DNA from: Alphaproteobacteria bacterium
Lineage (GTDB): Bacteria > Pseudomonadota > Alphaproteobacteria > Bin95
Assembly (NCBI GenBank): GCA_964291285.2
Contig: OZ219788.1
Location: 288,001-352,000 of the forward strand
Reading direction: 5' to 3'
DNA length: 64,000 bases
The translations under genes and the position numbers were made by a program. Position 1 is the stretch's first letter; each line of letters begins with the position of its first letter. The notes beneath the pieces were generated by a model. It made no database searches. It was not told the origin of the DNA and saw nothing but the letters and a program-made list of their open reading frames with translations. Below, one piece after another: positions 19,225 to 29,159 of this stretch.

Positions 19225-22200
19225 TCATCCCATGCTCAGTCCGCCGCCTTCGGAGCGGTCGACGCGCTGCTCCTGGGTCGTTTCTTGCACCTGCCGGGGC
19301 GTCTGAACCGGCTTCGGCGGGTTCAGGATACGTGCGCGGCGGGCCTCGTCGCTCCATTCGGCGCGGAAGCATCCGCGCGCGGTGACCGCGGCGACCGTCC
19401 TCTCGATATCGCTGCCCGGCTCGGGCGCGTCCGGGCCCGAGGCCTCGACGGTTTCGAGCCGGAGCCCTGGGCTGCCGAAGCGGATATCGTCCATGCGCGC
19501 CGTCACCTTCGCCTCGACCGTGAGGACCCGGCCTTCGCCGGCGTCCTCGGTCCAGGCGATGCGGTCGCCCGGCACCGGTTCGCCGCAGGCCAGCCGGCAG
19601 AGCCATGACGGCACAGACCGGTGCCGGGCCAGTTCCAGTTCCCGGAGCCTCTCGTCGGACCAGGCGGCGCGGGCGCAGCCGATGCTGACGAGGGATTCGG
19701 CCGTTCGGGGGATGACCGCCCCGAGCCCGGGCGGTTCGTCCGGACCCGCGACATCCAGCATCCGCACCTGCAGCAGGTCGTCCTCGTGCATGCCGCCGGC
19801 CGCTCCTGCGGAGACGACGATGATTTCCATCATGTCGTCGCCGACGCGGACCCGGTCGCCGGGGACCAGCGGTTCCTCCCCGGTCCAGCGGAGCCAGTGT
19901 GCGGGTTCCGGCACGCGCGCAAGCCGCTCCCTCTCGCGGCGGATGGCCTCCGCCACGGCGGGCCGGCCGGCAGCCTCACGCTGCGCGGCCGGATCGGCCG
20001 ATTGTCCGAACCCGCCGGCGAGCCCGGCGACCGACGCCAGGTCCTCGTTCCACCGGCGGTCGCGGGCGAGCCACTCCCCGGCCCTCCGGCGGGCCGGCTC
20101 CGGCAGCGCCTCCAGCTCCTTCGCGTACATGGTGACCCGCGCATAACCTTCCGCATGGAGCGCCAGCGTGTCGTCCCGGACGGCGAGCCGCTCGACCCGG
20201 TCCGCGAGCGACATGAAGGCGTCGCCCGCGTCTCGCAGCCGCACGGCCTCGAGCCCGGCCAGCACCTCCCGCACCCGGTCCCGGAGGCGGGGCATGACCT
20301 TCAGGCGGGAGGCGGCCCTGGCCTCGGCCGCGCCGGCCTCCGCCTCGCCCAGCAGCCTCCGGCCGGCGGCTCGGATTTCCCCGGAGCCCTCCCGCCATGC
20401 CGCCATGTCCCCGAGCGCGAAGGGCGCCATCCCGGCCTCGCGGGCCCTCTCCTCCAGACCCTCCCGCCGGCGCTCATGCTCTTCGCCTGCCTTCAGGAAC
20501 GACATGACCGGTTCGGTCTCCGCCTTTGCGCGGGCATCGAGGTCGAACACCCGGTCCACGGCGCGCCGCACCTCGGGCTCAAGAGACGCCTCGCCCCTGA
20601 GTTCCTCCGCCCGGTCGCGGAGCCCGGCCCAGGAAGGCAGGTCGACGGGGTCGGAGCCGGACTCGCGGCGTTGCCGGCCCACCGTCCTGACAAGCGCCGC
20701 GAACCTTGCCGAGCGGCGTCGCAGCGCCGCCTCCGCAAGCCTGTCGACCGCCTCGCGAACCCGCGCGCGCTCGGCCCCGACGCGCGCAAGGCGGATGCGG
20801 AGCGGATCGCCGAGCTTCGCTCCCGGTCCCTCGCCGAGCATTCCGAGGCCCTGTTGGCGAAGCCTCGCCGCCCGCTCGTCCCAGGGGTCCGGTTCCGCAG
20901 CACCTCCGGGGCCGGCATCGAACAGAAGACCGTCGCAGTCCAGCAGGAACGTCTCGATGCCGAGCCCGGCCCTCCTGTCTTCGGGCGTCGGCGGCGTTCC
21001 GGAAGCGGCCCTGCGTTCCGCGTCGGCCGCGCCCCAGGCCTCGACCGCCGGACGCACCGCCTGCGGTACCTCCCGGCCCCGGAGCCGCCCCGCCCATTTC
21101 GCCAGCGCTTCGGCGCCGGCCGTTTCGCGGGGGGCGACGCCCGCTGCCCGCGCGCCGGCCTCGTGCCGCGCCGCAGCCTCGCGGAACCGCTCCGCCTCGT
21201 CGAGCTCCCGGCCCCGCACCAGGCGCCGGAGCGCGGCGCCGATCCTGGCGGCGATGCCCTGGCCGCTGCCCTCCCGGAGTTCCTGTCCCGCATCGGCGAG
21301 CGTCCTGCCCTCCGCCAGCCAGGCCGCGTGCTCGGGAAGGTCGTCCATCGGCCGCCCGCGCTTCGCCGCCGCCCGTTTCAGCAGCGGCCAGTCGCGGCCG
21401 TGCCTCTCCGCCCGGCGCAGGAAAGCGAACCCCTGCCGGCGCTCCGCAATGGCCTGCGCGTCCCTGCTGTGGACCTCCTCCACGAACGCCCGCAGGTCCG
21501 CCGGAAGCGCCATGTCCTCCGCCAGCATCGCCGTGCCGGTCACGATACGGGCATAGCCCTCCGTGCGGACAAGGTCGCTGCCCTGCGTTTCAGCCCGGGC
21601 AACGAGTTCCCGCCAGTCCGCCTCCAGCCCGCGCAACATGGCAAGCGCCGCGGCGGGCGGCGGGTCCCCGTTCTCGCCCACCGCCTCCAGCGCCGTCATG
21701 CGCGAGCCGTCATTCGCCTCCAGCACCTCCTCCAGCCGCTCGCGATCGTTCGTCACCAGCACGAACCGGTCCCGGGCCCGGCTCGCCTCCACATGGAGGC
21801 CCGCCTGGCCGGCGAGCGCCCCGTGCCCCGTGTCGAGCACGCCGATCGCGCCGTCGCTTGTCATGCCCTGCGCCGCATGCAGGGTCGTGCTCCAGGCATG
21901 GTCGATATGGCGGAGTTGCGGGTCGGTGCGCGCCAGCGACAGGGTCCTGCCGTCTCCCAGATCGAACCTCACCCGGCGCGACCCGATCTCCCGCACCACC
22001 GCACCGCCGCCGTTCACAAGCCCGCGCCGCTCGTCGTTCATCGTCCAGCGGATGCGGTCGCCCGCCCGGATGCGGATGCGCGCCGTCTCGTAGAGCCCGA
22101 ACCGGTAGCGCACCCAGCTGTCGCCGGGGCGGATGCGCACCGTCCGCCCCGTCGGGTGCTCCAGGAAGACGAACTCTCCCTCCGCGCGCATCACCCGGCA

Positions 22201-24405
22201 GGCGTCGCCCTTCTCCACCCGCAGCGGCGCCACGCGCGAGTGGAACAGCACGATGTCGCCCGGCTCGTGGTTGCGCAGGTCCGCGCGCTGCGCCGCCGTC
22301 AGGTGGCGGTTCGCATAGCGTTCGAGTTCCAGCTCGCGCCCGTGCAGCACGCCCTCGCGCGCAAGCCCGTCCCGCACGACCCGGTGGATCTCCGCCCGGA
22401 TGAAATGCGTCGGCGCCAGGATCGCCGTCCGCGCCCGGTCCTCCGGGTCGAGCGCCAGCCAGAGCCGGGCCGCCTCCGCGCCCAACTCCTGCTGCGGCGC
22501 CTCGTGGACATGTTCGAGCTCCCGAAGCGCCTCGCGGGGACGGCCCTCCTTCAGATGCTCGACCGCAGCCTTCAAGGCCGGGTCGCGCTGGCGCAGGACC
22601 TCCTCCATCTCCGCCGTCGCCACGCCCGCCTCCTGCAGCGCCCGGAACGGCTCGCCCGCCCGCACGGCCCGCAGCTGCCGCCGGTCGCCCACCAGCACCA
22701 GCCGCGCGACGCGGAACCGCGCCGCGATCCGCATCAGCAACTCCATCTCCGCGGTCGAGACCATCGAGGCCTCGTCCACCACCAGCACCGCGCCCTCGTG
22801 GTCCTGCCGGTCCCGGGCCACGCGCGCGGCATTGCCCAGATCGCCGTGGCGGGTGAGGAACCATTGCAGCGGCCGGGACCGGACGCCGGTCTCCTCCCGC
22901 AGAACCCGCGCGGCGGCTGCCGAGGGCGCCAGCAGGACCGCCCTGCGTCCGCCCAGCAGCCCCAGCGCCTCCTTCAGCATCGTCGTCTTGCCGGTGCCGG
23001 CCGCGCCCTGCACCGCCACGATGCCGTCTTGCGACAGCAGGATGGTGCGCACCGCCTCCTGCTGCCCTTCGGTCAGCGCCGTTTCGGCCAATCGGCACGA
23101 GACGGCCGTCTCCTCCGCCAGCGGTTGCGAGGCGCCCAGCGCCCGGCGCTTCATGGCCATGATCCCGCGCTCCAGGCCGAGCGCCTCCGAGGTCACGAAC
23201 GAGCGCCCGCCCCGGAGCTGCGCTTCCACGAGGTGGCCGTCCCCGATCAGCCCCGCCAACGCCGCGTCGATGTCTCCCAGCCCGTGCCGGCCCGGCGCAT
23301 GGCCGAGCGCGATCGCCCTGATCTCGCGCTCCCGGATCACCGGGGCCCGCTCCGCCAGATGCTCCACCGCGCGCCAGGTCACCTCCCGCGCGCTCAGCCC
23401 CGGCGGCTCGGGCTGCAGCTCCTCCGCTGTCCGCACATAGGGCCGGCCCGCCTTGCGCGCCGTCTTCCGCGACGCGGTCGTCGTCCGCCGGAGCCCGGGC
23501 CTGGCGATGCTGCGGTCGCGGGAGAGCCCGAGCTCCTCGGCGCGCGTCTTCCACTCCGCCCGCAGCTCGTCGACGTCCCTGTCCGCCTTCTTCTTCCGGG
23601 TGATCAGCGCCGCCTGCTGCGTCAGCGCCGCGCTCCAGGGCAGGCCGTGCTTGTCCAGCCACGCCAGAATCTCCCGGCGCCGCGACGAGAACGCGTCCAC
23701 GAACTCCCGCCCGTAGCCCGCGATCTCGAACCCCGGCACGCCGCCGATCATCGTCGCCTCGATCGCGAACCCGAGCGCCAGCAGCCGCCGCGCCAGTTCC
23801 TGGCGGTAGACCGCCCCGATCAGCCGCACGTTGCGCCGGATTTCCGTCGGCTCGACGCTCCGCCACGCGCCCGACCGGTCGCGCGTCATGTTGGCGATGA
23901 TGCAGTGCGTGTGAAGCTGCGGGTCCTGGTCCCGGCTCGTCAGGTGACGGAACCCGGCCGCCACCAGTCCGTTCGCCGCCACGCGCGGACGCTGCCGGGT
24001 CACGGGATCGTACGACCGCGTCTGCAGCAGCTCCCTCTCCAGCCAGTCCAGGGTCGCCTTCACGGCCGCGTCGTGCGCGCCCAGCACCCGCCGGTCCCCA
24101 TGGAGCAGCGCCTCCAGCGAGACCGTCTTCGGCGCCGACAGCGTCAGGTCGAAGCCCGGCCGGTGCTGGTGCTCCCCGTCCCGCACCCGCCCGAGCCGGA
24201 TGTCCGTGCCGGGCACATGGCCCGACAGGATGCGCCCGAACGCCCGCGGCGAGACATGCCTGGCCATGCCGAGCGCCGCCGCTCCGGCCCCGTGCCAGAA
24301 GCTCGCCCGGCGCTGGCGCGGGTCGTTCTTCGCGTAGTAACCCTCCCTGGAGAAATACCCGACCGTCATCGTGGTCGAGGTGAGGTCCGTCAGGCCCGCA
24401 ACCAT
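19225..24405 (-). CDS. mobF: MobF/TrwC-family relaxase-helicase with a long C-terminal extension (1726 aa)
   Basis: YFSREGYY, DLTLSAPKTVS, HLTSRDQDPQLHTH, FSSRR; helicase GAAGTGKT, VDEASM, GDRRQL, HAAQGMT. Confidence 0.92.
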   Translation of the reverse strand: MVAGLTDLTSTTMTVGYFSREGYYAKNDPRQRRASFWHGAGAAALGMARHVSPRAFGRILSGHVPGTDIRLGRVRDGEHQHRPGFDLTLSAPKTVSLEALLHGDRRVLGAHDAAVKATLDWLERELLQTRSYDPVTRQRPRVAANGLVAAGFRHLTSRDQDPQLHTHCIIANMTRDRSGAWRSVEPTEIRRNVRLIGAVYRQELARRLLALGFAIEATMIGGVPGFEIAGYGREFVDAFSSRRREILAWLDKHGLPWSAALTQQAALITRKKKADRDVDELRAEWKTRAEELGLSRDRSIARPGLRRTTTASRKTARKAGRPYVRTAEELQPEPPGLSAREVTWRAVEHLAERAPVIREREIRAIALGHAPGRHGLGDIDAALAGLIGDGHLVEAQLRGGRSFVTSEALGLERGIMAMKRRALGASQPLAEETAVSCRLAETALTEGQQEAVRTILLSQDGIVAVQGAAGTGKTTMLKEALGLLGGRRAVLLAPSAAAARVLREETGVRSRPLQWFLTRHGDLGNAARVARDRQDHEGAVLVVDEASMVSTAEMELLMRIAARFRVARLVLVGDRRQLRAVRAGEPFRALQEAGVATAEMEEVLRQRDPALKAAVEHLKEGRPREALRELEHVHEAPQQELGAEAARLWLALDPEDRARTAILAPTHFIRAEIHRVVRDGLAREGVLHGRELELERYANRHLTAAQRADLRNHEPGDIVLFHSRVAPLRVEKGDACRVMRAEGEFVFLEHPTGRTVRIRPGDSWVRYRFGLYETARIRIRAGDRIRWTMNDERRGLVNGGGAVVREIGSRRVRFDLGDGRTLSLARTDPQLRHIDHAWSTTLHAAQGMTSDGAIGVLDTGHGALAGQAGLHVEASRARDRFVLVTNDRERLEEVLEANDGSRMTALEAVGENGDPPPAAALAMLRGLEADWRELVARAETQGSDLVRTEGYARIVTGTAMLAEDMALPADLRAFVEEVHSRDAQAIAERRQGFAFLRRAERHGRDWPLLKRAAAKRGRPMDDLPEHAAWLAEGRTLADAGQELREGSGQGIAARIGAALRRLVRGRELDEAERFREAAARHEAGARAAGVAPRETAGAEALAKWAGRLRGREVPQAVRPAVEAWGAADAERRAASGTPPTPEDRRAGLGIETFLLDCDGLLFDAGPGGAAEPDPWDERAARLRQQGLGMLGEGPGAKLGDPLRIRLARVGAERARVREAVDRLAEAALRRRSARFAALVRTVGRQRRESGSDPVDLPSWAGLRDRAEELRGEASLEPEVRRAVDRVFDLDARAKAETEPVMSFLKAGEEHERRREGLEERAREAGMAPFALGDMAAWREGSGEIRAAGRRLLGEAEAGAAEARAASRLKVMPRLRDRVREVLAGLEAVRLRDAGDAFMSLADRVERLAVRDDTLALHAEGYARVTMYAKELEALPEPARRRAGEWLARDRRWNEDLASVAGLAGGFGQSADPAAQREAAGRPAVAEAIRRERERLARVPEPAHWLRWTGEEPLVPGDRVRVGDDMMEIIVVSAGAAGGMHEDDLLQVRMLDVAGPDEPPGLGAVIPRTAESLVSIGCARAAWSDERLRELELARHRSVPSWLCRLACGEPVPGDRIAWTEDAGEGRVLTVEAKVTARMDDIRFGSPGLRLETVEASGPDAPEPGSDIERTVAAVTARGCFRAEWSDEARRARILNPPKPVQTPRQVQETTQEQRVDRSEGGGLSMG

Positions 24406-24458
24406 GCGCCTCGATCAGCCTTGCCCGGCCGCAATCGCACCGCTCGCAGCCACGGCAC

Positions 24459-25568
24459 TCATTTCCACTGGACCTCGAGGGTGCATATGACGGGCTCGCC
24501 GGACCTCAGGGATTCCTTCAGGCACTGCTTTACCTGCTCGCCCTGCTGCTCCCAGACGATCCGTTTCCAGTTGCCCGTGTCGTCGTAGGGCGCGAAGACG
24601 CCCACCTTGCTCTGGCCGACCGCTCCCACCACGGTCAGGACCGGCACCATCACGACCAGCACCGCCGCCAGCACCGGCACGGTCCAGCGCCGCGTGTTCC
24701 GCCACTCCTTCCGGAAATCCTCCAGCGCTCCCTGCCAGACCGAGCCGAACCTCTTGAGGAATGCGTCTCCGCTCTCGGTCAGCCCTTGCACATTGCCGGA
24801 GGTCCGCGCCACTGCCAGCTCCTGCGCCGCCGCGTTCTCATCCAGACTCTTCTCGATCCGCGCCGTCCAGGGGCCGATCGCCTGCTCCACCCGCGAAACG
24901 AGGTTCTCGCCCTCGGCGAGGCGGTCGGTCAGCACGGCCATCTCCTGCCGGCAGGCCAGCGCGGCGGTGCTCCACTCATCGTAGTATCCGACGATATCCT
25001 GCTTCACCGCCTGGAGCTCGGCCGAACGCGCGTCCAGCTTCTGCCGCGCCTCGTCCAGCTGCCGCAGGCGCGCGCCGAGCGTCCCGGCATTGCCGGAAAG
25101 GGTCTCGATCTGACGGTCGAACCCCTCCTCCCGGGCCTTCAGCGCCGCCACCTCGCCAGCGAGGCCCCGCTCCGCCTTCCCGAGGTCCCGGATCGACGTG
25201 CCCGCCGTCACCAGAAGGCTGTCCATCGCCGCGCGGATGTCGTTCGCCCACTCCGTCGCCGCCGCGATCGAACGCGCCGCCTCCCCGAGGTCCGCCCCGT
25301 CTTCGCCCGCCGTGGCGCCCGGCTTCGCGGTCAGCTCCTCCAGCAGGGCAAGGATGCGCCGCTGGCCGGCGGCGAGTTCCGCCAGCACCGCGGCAGGAGC
25401 GGGGGCGGTCTCCGCGCCGGGTCCGGCGGCTGGCTCGGCACTCCTGTCCGGCGTCGGCTCGCCCGCCCCATCCGCCCTGCCGGCGCGCCAGCCGATCAGC
25501 AGGTTCATGTCCTCGCCGGCACCGTTCGGCGGCGGTGCGCCGTTGCCTCCCTTCTTCTTCGAGGTCAT
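24459..25568 (-). CDS. Coiled-coil protein with one C-terminal transmembrane segment
   Basis: Long Ala/Glu/Leu-rich helix then VPVLAAVLVVMVPVLTVVGAV; directly upstream of the relaxase. Confidence 0.65.
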   Translation of the reverse strand: MTSKKKGGNGAPPPNGAGEDMNLLIGWRAGRADGAGEPTPDRSAEPAAGPGAETAPAPAAVLAELAAGQRRILALLEELTAKPGATAGEDGADLGEAARSIAAATEWANDIRAAMDSLLVTAGTSIRDLGKAERGLAGEVAALKAREEGFDRQIETLSGNAGTLGARLRQLDEARQKLDARSAELQAVKQDIVGYYDEWSTAALACRQEMAVLTDRLAEGENLVSRVEQAIGPWTARIEKSLDENAAAQELAVARTSGNVQGLTESGDAFLKRFGSVWQGALEDFRKEWRNTRRWTVPVLAAVLVVMVPVLTVVGAVGQSKVGVFAPYDDTGNWKRIVWEQQGEQVKQCLKESLRSGEPVICTLEVQWK

Positions 25569-25659
25569 CTTCGCCGCTCCCCCTCGCCGATGCGTCCGTA
25601 AACGGACAGCATGGACGAGGATGAAGGGAAATTCACCTCCCGCAACAAGCTGCGGCGGA

Positions 25660-25740
25660 CACAAGAGCCGGGTCGATGCCGACACGCCGCTCCAGCTCCT
25701 GAAATACATGGTCAACACCTGGCGCCGCGAGATCGAGTGC
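25660..25740 (+). pseudogene. Fragment of an Rpn/YhgA-like nuclease-transposase
   Basis: HKSRVDADTPLQLLKYMVNTW resembles the Rpn EHKS..PLQLL.YM..W motif. Confidence 0.5.
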
Positions 25741-25784
25741 CATCATCGCCATACGAGATTCACGCCCCGTGGGCGTCTGTTAGA

Positions 25785-27691
25785 CCCAACTTGAACAGTC
25801 GGTGTCGATTTTTGCCGGGCGCGGTTTCGCCAAGTTGTTGAAATGATTGGATAGTGAGGTGATGATTGGCGCGGGTTGAGAAAAATGTAGTGAAACATTT
25901 TTGCTGATTTGGCCTTGTTTTCTTGATTGGTCGATATCGAAGACATACAACGCGGTCATGTTCGTGCGCGAAACGACCGCCCGGGGCCACCGCTATCTCT
26001 ACCTCGTGGAGAGCGTGCGCGAGGGCAAGCGGGTGCGCCAGCGCACGATCCGCGCGCTCGGCCGCAAGGACGTGTTGCAGGCGAGCGGGGAGCTGGACCG
26101 TCTGATCGCGTCCCTGGCGCGCCATTCGGAGCGGTCCGTGGTGCTGGAGGACATGGAGGCGGGCGCGCTGGCCTGCGTGCGGGTCGGCGGTCCGCTGCTG
26201 TTCGGTCGGCTGTGGGATCGGCTGGGCGTGGGCGCTGTCGTGAAGGAGCTTCTGGACGGTCGCGGCTTCGGGTTCGCCGTCGAGCGGGCGGTGTTTGTGA
26301 GCGTTCTGCACCGTCTGTTCGTGTCGGGTTCGGACCGGTCCTGCGAGAAGTGGATGGCCGACTACGCGATCGAGGGGATCGAGGGGTTGCGGCTTCATCA
26401 GCTGTATCGGGCGATGGCCTGGCTCGGGGAGGAGCTGGAGGCGCCGGCGGAAGGCGCGCTTGCGCCGCGCTGCGTGAAGGACGGGATCGAGGAGCGTCTG
26501 TTCGAGCACAGGCGGGACCTGTTCACCGACCTGTCTGTGGTGTTCATGGACACCACGACGCTGTCGTTCCACGGCGCGGGCGGCGAGACGCTGGGCGCGC
26601 ACGGCTACTCGAAGGACCATCGCCCGGACTTGCGCCAGATGGTTCTGGCGGTGGTGCTGGACGGCGAGGGCCGGCCTGTGTGCACGGAGATGCTGCCGGG
26701 CAACACGGCCGACACCAGGGTGCTGCTGCCGATCGTGGACCGTCTTCGGTCACGCTTCGGGATCGGTCGTGTGTGCGTGGTGGCGGACCGGGGGATGATC
26801 TCGGCGGCGACGATAGCGGCGCTGGAAGAGCGGGGGCTGGACTACATCCTGGGCGCGCGCGAGCGGCGCACGAAGGTGGTCCGCGAGGTGGTGCTGAAGG
26901 ACACGAAGCCCTTTGTGCCGCTGCTCCTCAAGCGTCCGCGCGGCGAGACGCAGCTGTTCGTGAAGGAAGTCACGGTGGGCGGCGCGCGCTACATCGTGTG
27001 CCGCAACGAGGCGGAGGCACAGAAGGACCGCGCCGACCGGCAGGCCGTGGTGGACGGCCTCCAGCGCCGCCTTGCGGACGGCGAGAAAGCGCTGATCGGC
27101 AACAGCGCCTACCGGCGTTATCTGCGCCGCACGGGCGCGGGCAAGGCGTTCGAGATCGACGCCGGCAAGCTCGCCGAGGAGGCCCGCTTCGACGGCATCT
27201 TCGTGCTGCGCACCAACGCCGGCATGACGCCGCTCAATGCCGTGCTCCGCTACCGGGAGCTGCTCACGGTGGAAGACCTGTTCCGCCGGGCGAAGGCCCA
27301 GTTGCGCACCCGCCCGATCTACCACTCCTGCGACGCCGCGATCCGCGGCCACGTCTTCTGCTCCTTCCTCGCGCTCGTCCTCCAGAAGGAACTGGCCGAC
27401 CGCTGCGCCGCCGCCAACGTCAACGTCGAATGGGACGACCTGATCCGCGATCTCGACCGCCTGCAAGAGGCCACCATCGAGAAGGACGGCAAGCGCATCA
27501 CCACCCGCACCCATGTCGAGGGCCAGGTCGGAAAGGTCTTCCAGGCCGTCGGCATCGCGCTGCCGCCGAACTGGCGCGAACACAAAGCCTGACCGTCCCC
27601 AAAATCAACGAAATGTAGTGGGTACACCCGGCGATGCCGGTGTAACTCCCTGTTCTATCGAATACTTTTAATCGTCACTGTTGAAGTTGGG
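25785..27691 (+). mobile_element. IS1634 type B copy 2, 1907 bp (transposase 25958-27592)
   Basis: Same TIRs and protein as copy 1; TSD TTAGA (25780-25784 / 27692-27696). Confidence 0.95.
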
Positions 27692-28172
27692 TTAGACGGA
27701 TATTCCGGGGCTTGACGCGGATGAGTCGGATGTCGTCGCCGACAAGCGCGCCCTGGATCGGCTGTCGAAGTCGGCGCGCGTCTATGGCGTCAACGAAGCG
27801 ATGGGGCCGGACCACGATATTCTGGAAGGCTTTTGAGAAAGGGAGGCACGCTCGTCGCTTCCGGTCAGCAGAGATCCTTTTCTGCGGCACGCCTGAATTG
27901 GACCGGTGGCGAAGTTCACCACGGGGCTGTGCACGCGGGATATCGACATTTCGGACCGGCACCCCTACGCTACCAAAGTGAAGGCGCGGGATTCTCGGGT
28001 GTATTAACCAAGATGCTGACGTCGCACATAGCGCTGTAGGAAGACAATCCTAGCGGATACCGGCTTTATAGATCTCGACATACTGCTCACACGAATTCGG
28101 CATACGCAGTCGAAGGTTTATTTCCTAGACGCTGTCAAAGCCTACAAGGCAGGTGCGCTTCGTGCCTCACTA

Positions 28173-29047
28173 GGCCCTGTGGACGTATTGACTCAGGAGC
28201 GTGTTCAGGGATTCCCGTGCGAGGATTTGTCTGAATCATGAGGCGTCGGCGATTCGGGGGTTTCTTTGATGTCGACGAAGATGACGAATGGAGACTGGGA
28301 GGTTGCGCTGGAGGTTTTCCGGCTTTGCCTTCCGAGGCGGGGTGCGAAGGCGAAGGACGACCGTCTGTTTCTGGAGGCGCTGCACTTCTTTGCGGTTCAC
28401 AACATCACCTGGCGGGCGCTGCCGGAGCGGTTCGGGCACTGGAATACGGTATGGCGGCGTTTTCACCGTCTGAGCCGTTCAGGGGTGTTCGAGGACTTTT
28501 TCGCCACGCTGGCGGATTTGAGCAGCACGGCGCACCTGGTTCAGATGTTCGATTCGACCGTGACCCGCGCGCATGTATCGGCGGCCGGCGCAAAAGGGGG
28601 CAGCAGGGTCAGGCGCTTGGACGCTCGCGGGGCGGTTTCAGCACCAAGATCCACCTGAAGACCGATTTCGACGGCCTGCCGATCGCCTTCGACCTGACCG
28701 GCGGCGAGGCTGCCGACAGTCCGCATTTCGAGACCCTGATGGACATCGGCCCCGATGTCCGGCCCCGCGCCATCGTCGCCGACAAGGGCTATGACAGCGC
28801 CGGAAACCGCCAACTCGCCCGGAAAAGAGGCGCCCTGACCGTCATTCCCTACCGGAAGAACATCAAAAACAGGCCAAAGCGCTTCGCAAGCGCGCTCTAC
28901 AGAGGACGGGCGCGCATCGAACAGGCCGTCGGCAAGCTCAAACGCTTCAAACGCATCGCCCTGCGCTGCGAAAAGACCGCCACAAACTTCAGCTCTTTCG
29001 TCGCACTCGCCGCTGCCTTCATCTTGATCAAATCCGTCCACAGGGCC
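28173..29047 (+). mobile_element. IS5-family (IS427-like) element; two overlapping frames, 28269-28658 and one ending at 29050
   Basis: TIR GGCCCTGTGGACG, TA flanks; WRALPERFG, GRSRGGFSTK, ADKGYD; probable frameshift at AAAAGGGGG (28592-28600). Confidence 0.9.
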
Positions 29048-29097
29048 TAAAAGCTAATCTTCAAAAGCGATTCCCCTGGAGCGCAAGCTTCTCGGAC

Positions 29098-29126
29098 TTG
29101 CTTGACGGTGGGGGGGGGGGTAGACT
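29098..29126 (+). promoter_or_regulatory. Putative sigma70 promoter with a G11 tract in the spacer
   Basis: TTGCTT (29098) or TTGACG (29102), G11 at 29110-29120, TAGACT (29121); GGGAGG RBS before ATG 29160. Confidence 0.6.
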
Positions 29127-29159
29127 TTGCGTCCGTAACAGGATCGGGAGGATTTTATC

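Larger units (their letters stand above)
17266..25568. mobile_element. Element 1: mobilisation module of an integrative mobilisable element; right boundary not found in the window
   Basis: GCGCGGTGT junction, AT-rich end, three RHH genes convergent with a MobF relaxase; mirror image of 54261-60114. Confidence 0.65.

Noticed and set aside
28150-28157. CAGGTGCG as the right end of element 1
   Set aside because: Only 8 bp, not followed by the core motif or the missing transposase half, and no integrase nearby
27697-28170. Short ORFs in lower-GC DNA between IS1634 and IS5
   Set aside because: No recognisable motif or consistent frame; probably decayed sequence
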